From Candidatus Saccharimonadota bacterium (GTDB taxonomy: Bacteria > Patescibacteriota > Saccharimonadia > Saccharimonadales > UBA4665), in NCBI GenBank assembly GCA_002952755.1, contig CP025011.1:1110001-1142000 (forward strand): a DNA stretch of 32,000 nt. The letters run 5' to 3'. This document shows positions 8,601-17,444 of this stretch, piece by piece. Each line of letters opens with the position of its first letter. Positions within the stretch are counted from its first letter, which is position 1. A model generated the notes under the pieces. That model did not search any database. It had not been told where the DNA came from and saw nothing but the letters and a program-made list of their open reading frames with translations. A program made the translations under genes and the position numbers.

Positions 8601-8710
8601 TACTAGTCCGTATTCCTATGCCCAAGTAGAGTCAGGCGTAGTGCAACCAGACCAGCGCAAGCTGGTCTGCGTGAGAACGCTCTACTTGGGCATAGGAATA
8701 CGGACTAGTA
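8601..8710 (+). repeat. Hairpin element copy 2 (core forward, 27-bp perfect arms)
   Basis: Arms tactagtccgtattcctatgcccaagtagag / ctctacttgggcataggaatacggactagta. The core lies at 8628-8683. The apical stem CAGACCAGC-GCAA-GCTGGTCTG is perfect. The right arm overlaps the stop codon and last codon of the pilin-like gene. Confidence 0.9.
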
Positions 8711-9169
8711 AGTGCGCGTGATGCTAATCTTCACATGGCCTTCGGCATGCGGGGCTTCGACGGTAACCGTACGGCCAGAAGCCCGCAACCCATACCCAGA
8801 GAGGTACAGCCCTCCACTATCAGCACAGGTAGTAGCACTTAGATCCACGCCACCGACGGGATCTAAGGGCATCTCTTTTAGATAGGTTGGTATTAAGATT
8901 TTACACAAATCAAAATTGGTACTCGTTACCGAGCCGATTACTGCATTGGCCGTCGGCAAGCCAGCCGGCAAACTCCCATTGGCGGCCACGTACCGATTAA
9001 ACGCCTGCGCAATCGCCGCAATGTCAGCCCAGCGATTACCATTATTGCGCTCCACCTGATAGTTCTTAGGATGCAATAAAAATGCGGATAAAAATGCTAA
9101 TCCACAGATAAAAAAACTAACAACGAGTAGCTCCAATAGCGTAAATCCTCGCTGACTATGCCTATACAT
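8705..9169 (-). CDS. Type IV pilin-like (prepilin-type N-terminal cleavage/methylation domain) protein
   Basis: Class III signal: MYRHSQRG|FTLLELLVV plus a hydrophobic helix. The track ORF extends to 9307. The short basic leader argues for ATG 9169. Confidence 0.75.
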   Translation of the reverse strand: MYRHSQRGFTLLELLVVSFFICGLAFLSAFLLHPKNYQVERNNGNRWADIAAIAQAFNRYVAANGSLPAGLPTANAVIGSVTSTNFDLCKILIPTYLKEMPLDPVGGVDLSATTCADSGGLYLSGYGLRASGRTVTVEAPHAEGHVKISITRTY

Positions 9170-9215
9170 AGCTAAAGGGTAGCATATCTGTCGTAAGCCA
9201 GGGTAGAATAGGCTC

Positions 9216-9755
9216 ATGAGCACCCCAAATGCCAGTATCGAATATGAGCTTACTTTTTTAGCCAAACATGTACCAAACGAAATACACAATACGCTCCCTG
9301 AACGCATGGTAGATATCTACCTTCCCGAAAATGTAGAAATTCACCCTGTCCTGCGCCTCCGTAAGCGAGCAGGCAACTACGAAATTACTAAAAAAACAAT
9401 CCTAAACGGCACCGACTCATCCGAAATGCGGGAGCAAACAATCCCGCTGACCCAACTTGAATTTGAAGAGCTCGCCAGCGGGCATCACCGCCTGGTCGAA
9501 AAGGATCGCTATAAAGTAATGCTCGGAGGCCGCCCGGCCGAGGTGGACATTTTTAGCGGTAAGCTGGAAGGATTGGTACTTATCGACTTTGAATTTCTAA
9601 ATAGTGTCGACAAAGCAGCATTCCAGCCGCCGGATTGCTGTCTTGCCGAGGTGACACAAGAAGTTGCGGTAGCCGGCGGTCATTTGGCCGGTAAATCGTA
9701 TGATGATATCGACGAAATACTGCAGCGCTTTCAATATCGGCGCCTGTTCTTATAA
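9216..9755 (+). CDS. CYTH-domain (triphosphate tunnel metalloenzyme) protein
   Basis: An N-terminal IEYELTFL motif (ExExK-like) and the overall CYTH-like pattern. TAGAAT lies 6 nt upstream of the ATG. Confidence 0.65.
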   Translation: MSTPNASIEYELTFLAKHVPNEIHNTLPERMVDIYLPENVEIHPVLRLRKRAGNYEITKKTILNGTDSSEMREQTIPLTQLEFEELASGHHRLVEKDRYKVMLGGRPAEVDIFSGKLEGLVLIDFEFLNSVDKAAFQPPDCCLAEVTQEVAVAGGHLAGKSYDDIDEILQRFQYRRLFL

Positions 9756-9845
9756 AAGGGAGATTGGCAAATTGCTCGGACACTACTAGTCATTCAGCGA
9801 ACAATCAGTTAGGCTACATATAGTACGAGGTAACTAGAGAGAAAC

Positions 9846-10799
9846 GTGATGAAGTTAGTAGTGCAGATTTCCTGCCTCAATGAAGAGAACACGCTGCCAG
9901 CAGTCCTGAAAGGTATTCCTAAAAAGATTCCGGGTATCGACAAGATCGAAATATTAATTATCGATGACGGCTGCAGCGATAACACAGTACAGGTTGCTAG
10001 AAAACTAGGCGTGCATCACTTTGTATATCACCGCCAATGGAAAGGACTGGCCGCCGGCTTTAAAAATGGGCTGAATAAATCGTTAGAACTCGGCGCTGAT
10101 ATCATCGTTCACACCGATGGCGACAATCAATACCCGGGCGATCGTATCCCCGATCTAGTACAACCCATTCTAGACGGCAAAGCAGACATGGTTATTGCCG
10201 ACCGCCAAACGCAAAAAATCGAACATTTCTCGCCGGCAAAAAAAATCTTCCAGCGGGTGGGCACTCGCGTGCTCAATGCCGCGGCCGGGCTGCAGGTACC
10301 CGATGCACCCAGCGGCTTCCGGGCCTATAGCCGGGAAGCGGCCATGCAGCTGAATGTCATCACCCGGTTCAGCTACGCCATGGAAACACTCATTCAGGCT
10401 GGACAAAAACGGCTAGCCATCGTGAGCATACCCATCACCACCAATCCCAAAACACGCGAATCGCGCCTGTTTAAGTCATCTTGGGAGCATATGTATAAAT
10501 CGGGCATGGCCATCAGCCGTGCATTTGTAATGTACCGTCCGTATGTACTCTTTAATAGCCTCGGCTTACTTCTTTTGCTCCTCGGCATGATTCCCTTTAC
10601 GCGCTATCTGTACTTCTACTTCTTTGATCACTCGCATGGTCTGCATCACATTCAATCCCTCATAGCCGGGAGCGTACTACTTATCGGTTCCTTCATCGCT
10701 TTCACGCTCGGCGTCATTGCCGATTTGATCCGTATCAATCGAGTCCTTGTAGAAGAGGCGCTCGAGCATAGTCGCCACCGACGATTTGATAGCGACTAG
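9846..10799 (+). CDS. Family 2 glycosyltransferase, polyprenol-phosphate sugar synthase-like, with C-terminal TM helices
   Basis: ISCLNEENTLPAVL..., IIDDGCSDNT and DGDNQY motifs, plus C-terminal hydrophobic helices. Start is GTG 9846 or the adjacent ATG 9849. Confidence 0.85.
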   Translation: MMKLVVQISCLNEENTLPAVLKGIPKKIPGIDKIEILIIDDGCSDNTVQVARKLGVHHFVYHRQWKGLAAGFKNGLNKSLELGADIIVHTDGDNQYPGDRIPDLVQPILDGKADMVIADRQTQKIEHFSPAKKIFQRVGTRVLNAAAGLQVPDAPSGFRAYSREAAMQLNVITRFSYAMETLIQAGQKRLAIVSIPITTNPKTRESRLFKSSWEHMYKSGMAISRAFVMYRPYVLFNSLGLLLLLLGMIPFTRYLYFYFFDHSHGLHHIQSLIAGSVLLIGSFIAFTLGVIADLIRINRVLVEEALEHSRHRRFDSD

Positions 10800-10832
10800 C
10801 CCGCAAATATACTAAAGAGAAGACCTTATAAT

Positions 10833-12341
10833 CTAGAAATATTTATTACCCTCGAGCACCAAGGGCGACAACACGCTACGAACGCTGTTATTAAGTGTCA
10901 CAATCGGACGGCTCGGCCAATCCCAACTGCTATCGCTACGCGTAATAAAACCGATAACACCACCCCCTTGCAGGAAGCATGCTACAGCCAACCCTGCTAT
11001 CACTGGCTTAACGTTGGGCCAGAGACGAAGCGCCAGGTTCAGCCCCCGGCCAGCTACCACACCCAGCGGCAATAGTACCGGTAATAGGTAGCGCCCATTG
11101 ACTGCCACCGGCTGTCCTGTCTCCAGATACTGGGAAAAATTATCGGCCCATACGATGGTAATATACAGCACGCTCATTCCCGTAAGGAAGATCAACAAAG
11201 GGCGCTTGTTGAATACTTTACGGGCATACAACAAAGTAGCTATCAACGCGCACACCCCAAAACAAATGGCTGCGGCACTGGGCAACGGAGAAGGAGGGTA
11301 ATTCAGAAAACCACTAGCCGGGCCGTTGATCATAAAGAAAAGCCGGTAGTGCATACCCTGCAGCCAAAGCCAGCTATAGCTTAACGGATTGGCTGATACG
11401 CTTTCCTTGTTTTGGGTATAGATGTAATTACGGGCCCAGGGCCCATACGACTGACAGTCGCCAGGGGTAAGCACTGTATCACAGGCTGGGACAGGGGTGT
11501 GGTAGGCGGACAAATTCATACCATAGCGTTGCACGAACAGTATGCTGCTCACCAGAAGAAATACTATCAACCCGATTTTCGTAAGCATAGATAATGCACC
11601 ATAACCTTGCCGTAGCCGTGAGCGCAAAAGCCCCTGCCGCCAGAAATTGCGCGCAAAGATAACAACTAGGAAGCATGTGGCCGCTGCCGCCATCGGCAAA
11701 AAGGCATACTTGACGAGACTACCAAGCAGACAGAGGCATACAAAATAAGTAAACGCCTTCAGATCGATCTGTTGTTTTTGAAAACCGTCGTATAACTTAA
11801 AGGTGAGGAGGCAGAGACCGGCGACGACTGGCATAAGTAAATTATCATAGTTGATTTGTCCGGCTAGCAACGGCACAATAGGGATGAGTACAAATAGCGC
11901 CAGTAGGGCGTTCGCAAGGCCTCGCGAAGTGCCCGCCTTGCGCATCACTTTTACAAATAACCACAATCCCAGCGTGAAAAGAACGATATTAATACATCTT
12001 AGGGCGATAATCTGTACCGCCTGCTTGCCGGATAGTATCGAGATTATTCGATAAGGAAAGCTCATCAGCCAGTGATATAGGTACGACGGGTCACGATTAA
12101 GCGCGCCATACTTGCCGTTACCGATGCCGGCATCGGACAAAAAAGGGATCCAATGATGTGCGTATATTTTGATGATACCGAAATGAAAATCCTCATCGAA
12201 TGCCATCGGATACACGGCAGAACAGGCTACCCAGGCAGCCTCAAAAACAAAAAATCCCAATAGTATATGGGTACATCGACGTGATCTGAATACTTGATTT
12301 ATCTTCTCAATAATACGCTGCATGGAATACTTACCGCTCAT
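10833..12341 (-). CDS. Polytopic membrane protein, GT-C fold glycosyltransferase candidate (ArnT/PMT-like)
   Basis: About 12 hydrophobic segments. An acidic DED motif follows TM1 (AFDEDFHF). It is adjacent to the GT2 gene. An alternative start exists at ATG 12323. Confidence 0.7.
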   Translation of the reverse strand: MSGKYSMQRIIEKINQVFRSRRCTHILLGFFVFEAAWVACSAVYPMAFDEDFHFGIIKIYAHHWIPFLSDAGIGNGKYGALNRDPSYLYHWLMSFPYRIISILSGKQAVQIIALRCINIVLFTLGLWLFVKVMRKAGTSRGLANALLALFVLIPIVPLLAGQINYDNLLMPVVAGLCLLTFKLYDGFQKQQIDLKAFTYFVCLCLLGSLVKYAFLPMAAAATCFLVVIFARNFWRQGLLRSRLRQGYGALSMLTKIGLIVFLLVSSILFVQRYGMNLSAYHTPVPACDTVLTPGDCQSYGPWARNYIYTQNKESVSANPLSYSWLWLQGMHYRLFFMINGPASGFLNYPPSPLPSAAAICFGVCALIATLLYARKVFNKRPLLIFLTGMSVLYITIVWADNFSQYLETGQPVAVNGRYLLPVLLPLGVVAGRGLNLALRLWPNVKPVIAGLAVACFLQGGGVIGFITRSDSSWDWPSRPIVTLNNSVRSVLSPLVLEGNKYF

Positions 12342-12389
12342 TATACATCGCCCTCTGGATATCAGCTGGAATCTTCATCGCATAGGCAC

Positions 12390-12500
12390 TGCCAGAACAA
12401 ACAGAACTGCTCTCAGTAGAGTCAAGCGTAGTGCAGCCAGACCGACGTAAGTCGGCCTGCGCCTAACGCTCTACTGGGAGCAGTTCTGTTTGTTCTGGCA
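12390..12500 (+). repeat. Hairpin element copy 3 (core forward, 28-bp arms with one T:G position)
   Basis: Arms tgccagaacaaacagaactgctctcagtagag / ctctactgggagcagttctgtttgttctggca. The only non-Watson-Crick position is T12413:G12477. The core lies at 12418-12472. The copy lies between the divergent starts 12341(-) and 12540(+). Confidence 0.9.
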
Positions 12501-12539
12501 TTAGTCGCCTCTGACGAAATTTTATATACTGGTATCATC

Positions 12540-13436
12540 ATGAAAAAATATCTACGCAGCGTTGCTGCAGCGAGCATTGTTATTTGTACCATCGCAGCAT
12601 TTGTTCGCTACATTTCAGCACATCCTGCTCTCCGCCATCAGTTACAGAGGCTATCCGTAAGTACGCTAGCCCTGTTATTTGGTTTATACTGTCTCGTGTT
12701 CTTGCTACTGTCAGTTGTAAGTCGAGCCAGCTTGGATTTGTATGGAAAACGCATCACCCCTAAGGAAAATATGCTCTTTAATGCCTATTCATCGCTGGTT
12801 AATTTCTTCGGCCCAGGGCAGAGTGGTCCGGTCTTCCGGGGAGCATATCTTAGAAAACGGCACAACCTAGGATTGAAACAGTACGTCTTTGCCACGCTGT
12901 TGTATTACGGCTTTTTCGCAGTCTTCAGTACTTTTCTGATGCTGGCAGGCACTTGTCCCTGGTGGCAGACAGCAGGACTTATGTGTACTACCGGAGTCCT
13001 GAGTGGAGGAGTTATACGCTGGTATAAGCGGCGAGCTGGCCTGCAACAGATACGACCCACTGTCTCAGCCATTGCCTGGATCGGCATGGCTACTGCGTTG
13101 CAAGTTGCCCTTATGGTTGCCATTTACAGCGTCGAGCTACACAGCGTGGCAGTGAAGGCTTCTCTCGGGCAAGTAATGTCCTACACTGGCGTCGCCAATT
13201 TGGCACTTTTTGCAGCCCTAACACCGGGTGCTATCGGTATCCGCGAGGGTTTCTTGCTCTTCAGCCAGCGGCTGCATCATATCACCAGCAGCGCTATCGT
13301 AGCCGCTAACGTTGTCGACCGTGGCGTGTACTTGCTATTTCTCGGATTGCTCTTCATTTTGGTTATCAGTATGCATGCCAAACAGAAACTCCAGGTAACA
13401 CAAACTAACACTGACACACATTTAAAAAAGCCATAA
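12540..13436 (+). CDS. UPF0104 / lysyl-phosphatidylglycerol-synthase-TM-like flippase-type membrane protein
   Basis: Multi-pass membrane protein with GPGQSGPVFRGAYLRK and TPGAIGIREG motifs typical of this family. Confidence 0.7.
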   Translation: MKKYLRSVAAASIVICTIAAFVRYISAHPALRHQLQRLSVSTLALLFGLYCLVFLLLSVVSRASLDLYGKRITPKENMLFNAYSSLVNFFGPGQSGPVFRGAYLRKRHNLGLKQYVFATLLYYGFFAVFSTFLMLAGTCPWWQTAGLMCTTGVLSGGVIRWYKRRAGLQQIRPTVSAIAWIGMATALQVALMVAIYSVELHSVAVKASLGQVMSYTGVANLALFAALTPGAIGIREGFLLFSQRLHHITSSAIVAANVVDRGVYLLFLGLLFILVISMHAKQKLQVTQTNTDTHLKKP

Positions 13437-13447
13437 ATCGCCACACA

Positions 13448-13548
13448 GCACTCTCCCAATGTTCTCCAAAAGAGTCAGGCGTAGTGCAGCCAGACCGACG
13501 TAAGTCGGCCTGCGCGTAACGCTCTTTTGGAGAACATTGGGAGAGTGC
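13448..13548 (+). repeat. Hairpin element copy 4 (core forward, 23-bp perfect arms)
   Basis: Arms gcactctcccaatgttctccaaaagag / ctcttttggagaacattgggagagtgc. The core lies at 13471-13525 and differs from the copy 3 core at 2 positions. Confidence 0.9.
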
Positions 13549-13596
13549 CGGCTATCATACATACGCAAAAAGGCTAGACGCTGTTATGATACTTTT

Positions 13597-14772
13597 ATGA
13601 ACTGGCTCGACCTGTTTATTGCCCTTTTTCTGATCTCGGCATGTATACGAGGAGTTGAAATAGGGTTCGTACGCCAATTTTTCTCGACGACTGGCTTCTT
13701 TGGTGGGCTATTCCTAGGAGCCGCCATTGAAAGACTACTTGGGAAGAGCGTGCACTCTGCCGAAGGCAAAGCCTTATTGGCACTCTCTGTGGTCGTCGGC
13801 GTTGCGCTGGTTTGTATGGCAGTAGGGGAATACATAGGCTTGCGCATTAAATTTAAGCTACGCGAGACACGGCTTGCCGAGAAGATCGACAACGCCCTCG
13901 GCTCATTGCTCGCCGGCATAACACTGCTGGCTGGCGTCTGGCTAGGGGCAGCGATATTCCGCAATGTGCCCGATGGCACTTGGCAGCGGCAAATCCATCG
14001 TTCGCGCATTGTTGCCATACTCAATACCCAGCTGCCCTCGGCGCCAAATCTGCTGACTAATCTTGGTGGCTTAATCGACCCAAATGGCTTCCCCCAGGTG
14101 TTTACGGGGCTAGAGCCGGGACTGCCCAATGACACAACACTGCCAAATATGGGAACGCTGACCGCAGCTGTACAGCAAGACCGTGCGTCAGTTGTCAAAA
14201 TTGAAGGACAGGGCTGCGGCGGAGTGATCGAAGGTTCTGGCTTTGTCGCCGCAGACAATGAGGTCGTCACCAACGCTCATGTGGTGGCTGGCGTCAAACA
14301 GTCCTATGTGCTCGACCAAAACGGTCAACACAAAGGGAGGGTCACCCTCTTTGACCCTGAACTTGACATTGCCATTCTGCGCGTAGATGGCCTGAAGGGC
14401 GCTCCACTTCACCTAAGCGCTAACGCTATCGACAATGGGACTGCCGCGGCTATTGCCGGGTACCCGGGAGGCGGTGGATTTAGTGCCGGGCCGGCGGTAA
14501 CACTCGATTCATTTACTGCGATGGGGCGTGATATCTACAATAAAAGACAAACGACCCGCCAAATATACTCACTCAGAGGAGATGTGCAGCAGGGCAATTC
14601 TGGTGGCCCACTGATCATGCAAGACGGATCAGTGATGGGCGTTATTTTTGCCAAATCAACGGTCTATAGTAGCGTAGGTTACGCGCTTACCATCAACCAG
14701 GTCATTAACGAACTTCACCAAGCTGCAAACCAGACAGGCACGACAAGTACCGGGAGCTGTGCAGCCTCATAA
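13597..14772 (+). CDS. CvpA-family membrane domain fused to a trypsin-like serine protease (MarP-like architecture)
   Basis: N-terminal CvpA-like TM region. Catalytic triad contexts TNAHVV, DIAILRV and GNSGGPL. The track start 13537 is a TTG inside the repeat arm, so in-frame ATG 13597 (MNWLDLF...) is preferred. Confidence 0.85.
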   Translation: MNWLDLFIALFLISACIRGVEIGFVRQFFSTTGFFGGLFLGAAIERLLGKSVHSAEGKALLALSVVVGVALVCMAVGEYIGLRIKFKLRETRLAEKIDNALGSLLAGITLLAGVWLGAAIFRNVPDGTWQRQIHRSRIVAILNTQLPSAPNLLTNLGGLIDPNGFPQVFTGLEPGLPNDTTLPNMGTLTAAVQQDRASVVKIEGQGCGGVIEGSGFVAADNEVVTNAHVVAGVKQSYVLDQNGQHKGRVTLFDPELDIAILRVDGLKGAPLHLSANAIDNGTAAAIAGYPGGGGFSAGPAVTLDSFTAMGRDIYNKRQTTRQIYSLRGDVQQGNSGGPLIMQDGSVMGVIFAKSTVYSSVGYALTINQVINELHQAANQTGTTSTGSCAAS

Positions 14773-14821
14773 GTATCCAAGAGCATAGGCATTTCTGCTA
14801 CAATATCGATAAGCGAGCATT

Positions 14822-16195
14822 ATGCCGACTAAAAAACATCAATTTATTACCAAAACTGCCGAAGCGCCATCTGTGGCATTGGGTCGCGCGGTGCTCATGA
14901 CGCAAGTAGTTCGCAACGTAGGGCTCAATAATACCGTCGTTAAAAAAACCAAAGACTACTGGCTGATGCTCGGGCCCGGCCTCACTACTGGCGCCTCGGA
15001 TGACGACCCTTCGGGTATTGCCACCTATTCACAGGCCGGTGCTCAATTCGGCTTTAATTTGCTGTGGCTTGCACCGTGGACATTGCCACTTATGGCAACT
15101 GTTCAGGAAATGTGTGCCCGGATTGGCCTGGTAACGGGCCGAGGGCTGGCTGGTAATATCCGTATTTTTTATAGCAAACGAGTGCTCTATGTATGTACTT
15201 TGCTCCTTTTTGCTGCGAACTCGTTCAATATAGGCGCTGACTTAGGGGCTATGGCTAAGGCTACACAGCTGCTTGATACGCACCTCAATTTTGGCGTATT
15301 AGTAGTCGGCTTTACTTTCTTTAGTCTGATCCTGCAAATCTTCACCCCCTATGCGCGTTACGCGAAATACCTGAAATGGTTGGCACTCATCCTACTCTCG
15401 TACATCGTTTCCGCAATACTGGCTCATATTAACTGGGGAGTTGCAGTGCAGCATACATTAGTGCCTCATATGGCATTCACTAAGGAACAGTTCATTTTAA
15501 TCGCAGCTATTTTGGGCACCACTATTTCACCCTATCTGTTCTTCTGGCAAACCAGTCAGGAAGTAGAAGAGCAAGTCCGCGAAGGACGCACCACGCTCGC
15601 ACAGCGCAGACATACCGAAAAGAACGAGGTCCGATCGATGCGCGTCGATATCTGGTCGGGTATGCTTTTGTCAAACCTGGTGATGTTCTTTATTATTGCA
15701 GCAGCAGGTGGGATCTTATTCCCGCATGGCATTACCCATATTCAAACAGCAGCGCAGGCAGCAGAGGCATTGCGCCCATTTGCCGGCAATGCTACCTACT
15801 TCTTGTTTGCGATCGGCATTATTGGTACCGGCCTCTTAGCTATCCCAGTCCTAGCCGGAGCCAGTTCATATGCCTTGGCCGAAAGCTTGCGCTGGAAAGA
15901 GGGGTTATACCGCGACCTTGGTCAGGCCAAGGCCTTTTACGGCGTCATCATTATCTCCATGCTTGTAGGTCTTGGTATGAACTTCGTTGGTCTTGACCCC
16001 ATTAAAGCCCTCATCTACTCAGCGGTCGCCAATGCCATTGTCGCCCCGATGGTGCTATTCTGTATTGTGCGTATCAGCAGCAGCAGAAAAGTTATGGGTA
16101 CGTGGGTCAATAAAAAATATGTGACCACCATTGGCTGGCTGGTGTGCGGCCTCATGCTTATTTCTGCCGTAGCGGCAATTATTTCTTTCTTTTAA
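14822..16195 (+). CDS. NRAMP-family divalent metal cation transporter
   Basis: GPGLTTGASDDDPSGIATYSQAGAQFGF motif and about 11 TM segments. Confidence 0.8.
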   Translation: MPTKKHQFITKTAEAPSVALGRAVLMTQVVRNVGLNNTVVKKTKDYWLMLGPGLTTGASDDDPSGIATYSQAGAQFGFNLLWLAPWTLPLMATVQEMCARIGLVTGRGLAGNIRIFYSKRVLYVCTLLLFAANSFNIGADLGAMAKATQLLDTHLNFGVLVVGFTFFSLILQIFTPYARYAKYLKWLALILLSYIVSAILAHINWGVAVQHTLVPHMAFTKEQFILIAAILGTTISPYLFFWQTSQEVEEQVREGRTTLAQRRHTEKNEVRSMRVDIWSGMLLSNLVMFFIIAAAGGILFPHGITHIQTAAQAAEALRPFAGNATYFLFAIGIIGTGLLAIPVLAGASSYALAESLRWKEGLYRDLGQAKAFYGVIIISMLVGLGMNFVGLDPIKALIYSAVANAIVAPMVLFCIVRISSSRKVMGTWVNKKYVTTIGWLVCGLMLISAVAAIISFF

Positions 16196-16205
16196 GAACG
16201 CTCAC

Positions 16206-17444
16206 CTATTCGTGGCGCAAGGCGTCAATAGGGTCCTTGCGCGCCGCCTTAATAGCTGGAGCCGTTCCAAAGACTATGCCAATGGCTAGGCTGACGAGTG
16301 TGGCCACCACAATAGCTTGCCAAGAAATAACCGGTTTTAGATCGGAGTAAGCGTACAGTAGTCCATCCACAACCAGTGCTACCACAATACCGACACAACC
16401 GCCCACCACACTGAGCACTGCCGCTTCCATCATAAACTGGCTCCAAATCTGGCGTGAGCTAGCGCCAATTGCTTTACGCACGCCGATTTCGTGCATTCGT
16501 TCGGTCACATTCAGCAGCATGATATTCATAATACCCACACCGCCGATTGCCAACGAGATAGCGCCGATAGCAAAGATCCACATCGAAAGCAGATGAATCA
16601 CGCCACTATTAATGCCAGCGCTTTGACTAGCGTTGAGCACTGTAAAATCCTGAGCGTTGCCGTGGGCCGCCCTGAGCTTAGTGGTAATAGCTGTAGTGAC
16701 GCCGTTTGTCTGCTTGGGGTTGCTCGCCTTAGCCAAAATGACATACAAGCTGGCGGTATTTTGCGTTAGATGAGCGGCCGTTTGGTACGGGATAAAAATA
16801 GCATCGTTGAAGCTAGCGGTGGGCGAAAAAGGCACATTATCGAACGGAGCAAAAATGCCTCGCACAATAAAGTCCTGCCCTCTGAACTTAAACGAACGTC
16901 CAAGCGGCACTGGCTCGCCGAATAATGCCTGCCCAACATTGCGTCCGATAACCGCTGTTTGGGCATTTTCGTCAGCACTTGACCAAAAATCGCCCTGGGA
17001 CACCTTCTGATTCAGTACAGTAGCGGCATTACTATTAGCTGCGAGCACAAATACTTTAGAACTTTTATGGTCATCCACTGTTGCAACGCCGGGCACTACA
17101 CCTAAAGGTGCTACCGTGCTCACCCCAGGAGTTTGTTGCACTGTTTGCAAATCTTGCATCGAGAGCGTCGAAGCGCTGCTCAGACCAAATAGGACATCGT
17201 TCTTGCCGTTTCCAAGTCCCGAACCGGTATCGGAAACCTGACCAGGTCGGACGATAATTAATCCCGGGCCAAAATGCTGCAACGTACCGACGATCTGCCT
17301 CTTCACCCCGCCGCCAATATCAACAACTGTCACTACCGCAACAATACCTACGGTAACCCCGAGCATGGTGAGCACACTGCGCCATTTCGCACCCCGCACA
17401 TCACTAAGTGCCATCCGGAGATTGCCACGAAGCACGGCGCTCAT
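16206..17444 (-). CDS. ABC transporter permease, MacB/FtsX type
   Basis: An N-terminal TM helix, a large periplasmic-type domain and a C-terminal FtsX 3-TM bundle. The start overlaps the ATPase stop (ATGA). Confidence 0.85.
   Translation of the reverse strand: MSAVLRGNLRMALSDVRGAKWRSVLTMLGVTVGIVAVVTVVDIGGGVKRQIVGTLQHFGPGLIIVRPGQVSDTGSGLGNGKNDVLFGLSSASTLSMQDLQTVQQTPGVSTVAPLGVVPGVATVDDHKSSKVFVLAANSNAATVLNQKVSQGDFWSSADENAQTAVIGRNVGQALFGEPVPLGRSFKFRGQDFIVRGIFAPFDNVPFSPTASFNDAIFIPYQTAAHLTQNTASLYVILAKASNPKQTNGVTTAITTKLRAAHGNAQDFTVLNASQSAGINSGVIHLLSMWIFAIGAISLAIGGVGIMNIMLLNVTERMHEIGVRKAIGASSRQIWSQFMMEAAVLSVVGGCVGIVVALVVDGLLYAYSDLKPVISWQAIVVATLVSLAIGIVFGTAPAIKAARKDPIDALRHE

Noticed and set aside
8628-8683. 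The core as a known self-cleaving ribozyme (hammerhead CUGANGA/GAAA; the hairpin ribozyme shares a CAACCAGA string)
   Set aside because: The hammerhead core nucleotides are not present (CUGACUC lacks the required G8/A9). The hairpin-ribozyme resemblance is limited to a short string and lacks the loop A and loop B consensus. This is judged by eye only.
13537-13596. N-terminal extension of the CvpA-protease ORF from TTG 13537
   Set aside because: That start lies inside the right arm of hairpin copy 4. The in-frame ATG at 13597 begins the CvpA-like hydrophobic N-terminus.
13584-14273. 229-aa minus-strand ORF
   Set aside because: It is entirely antisense to the CvpA-protease gene, which has clear catalytic motifs.
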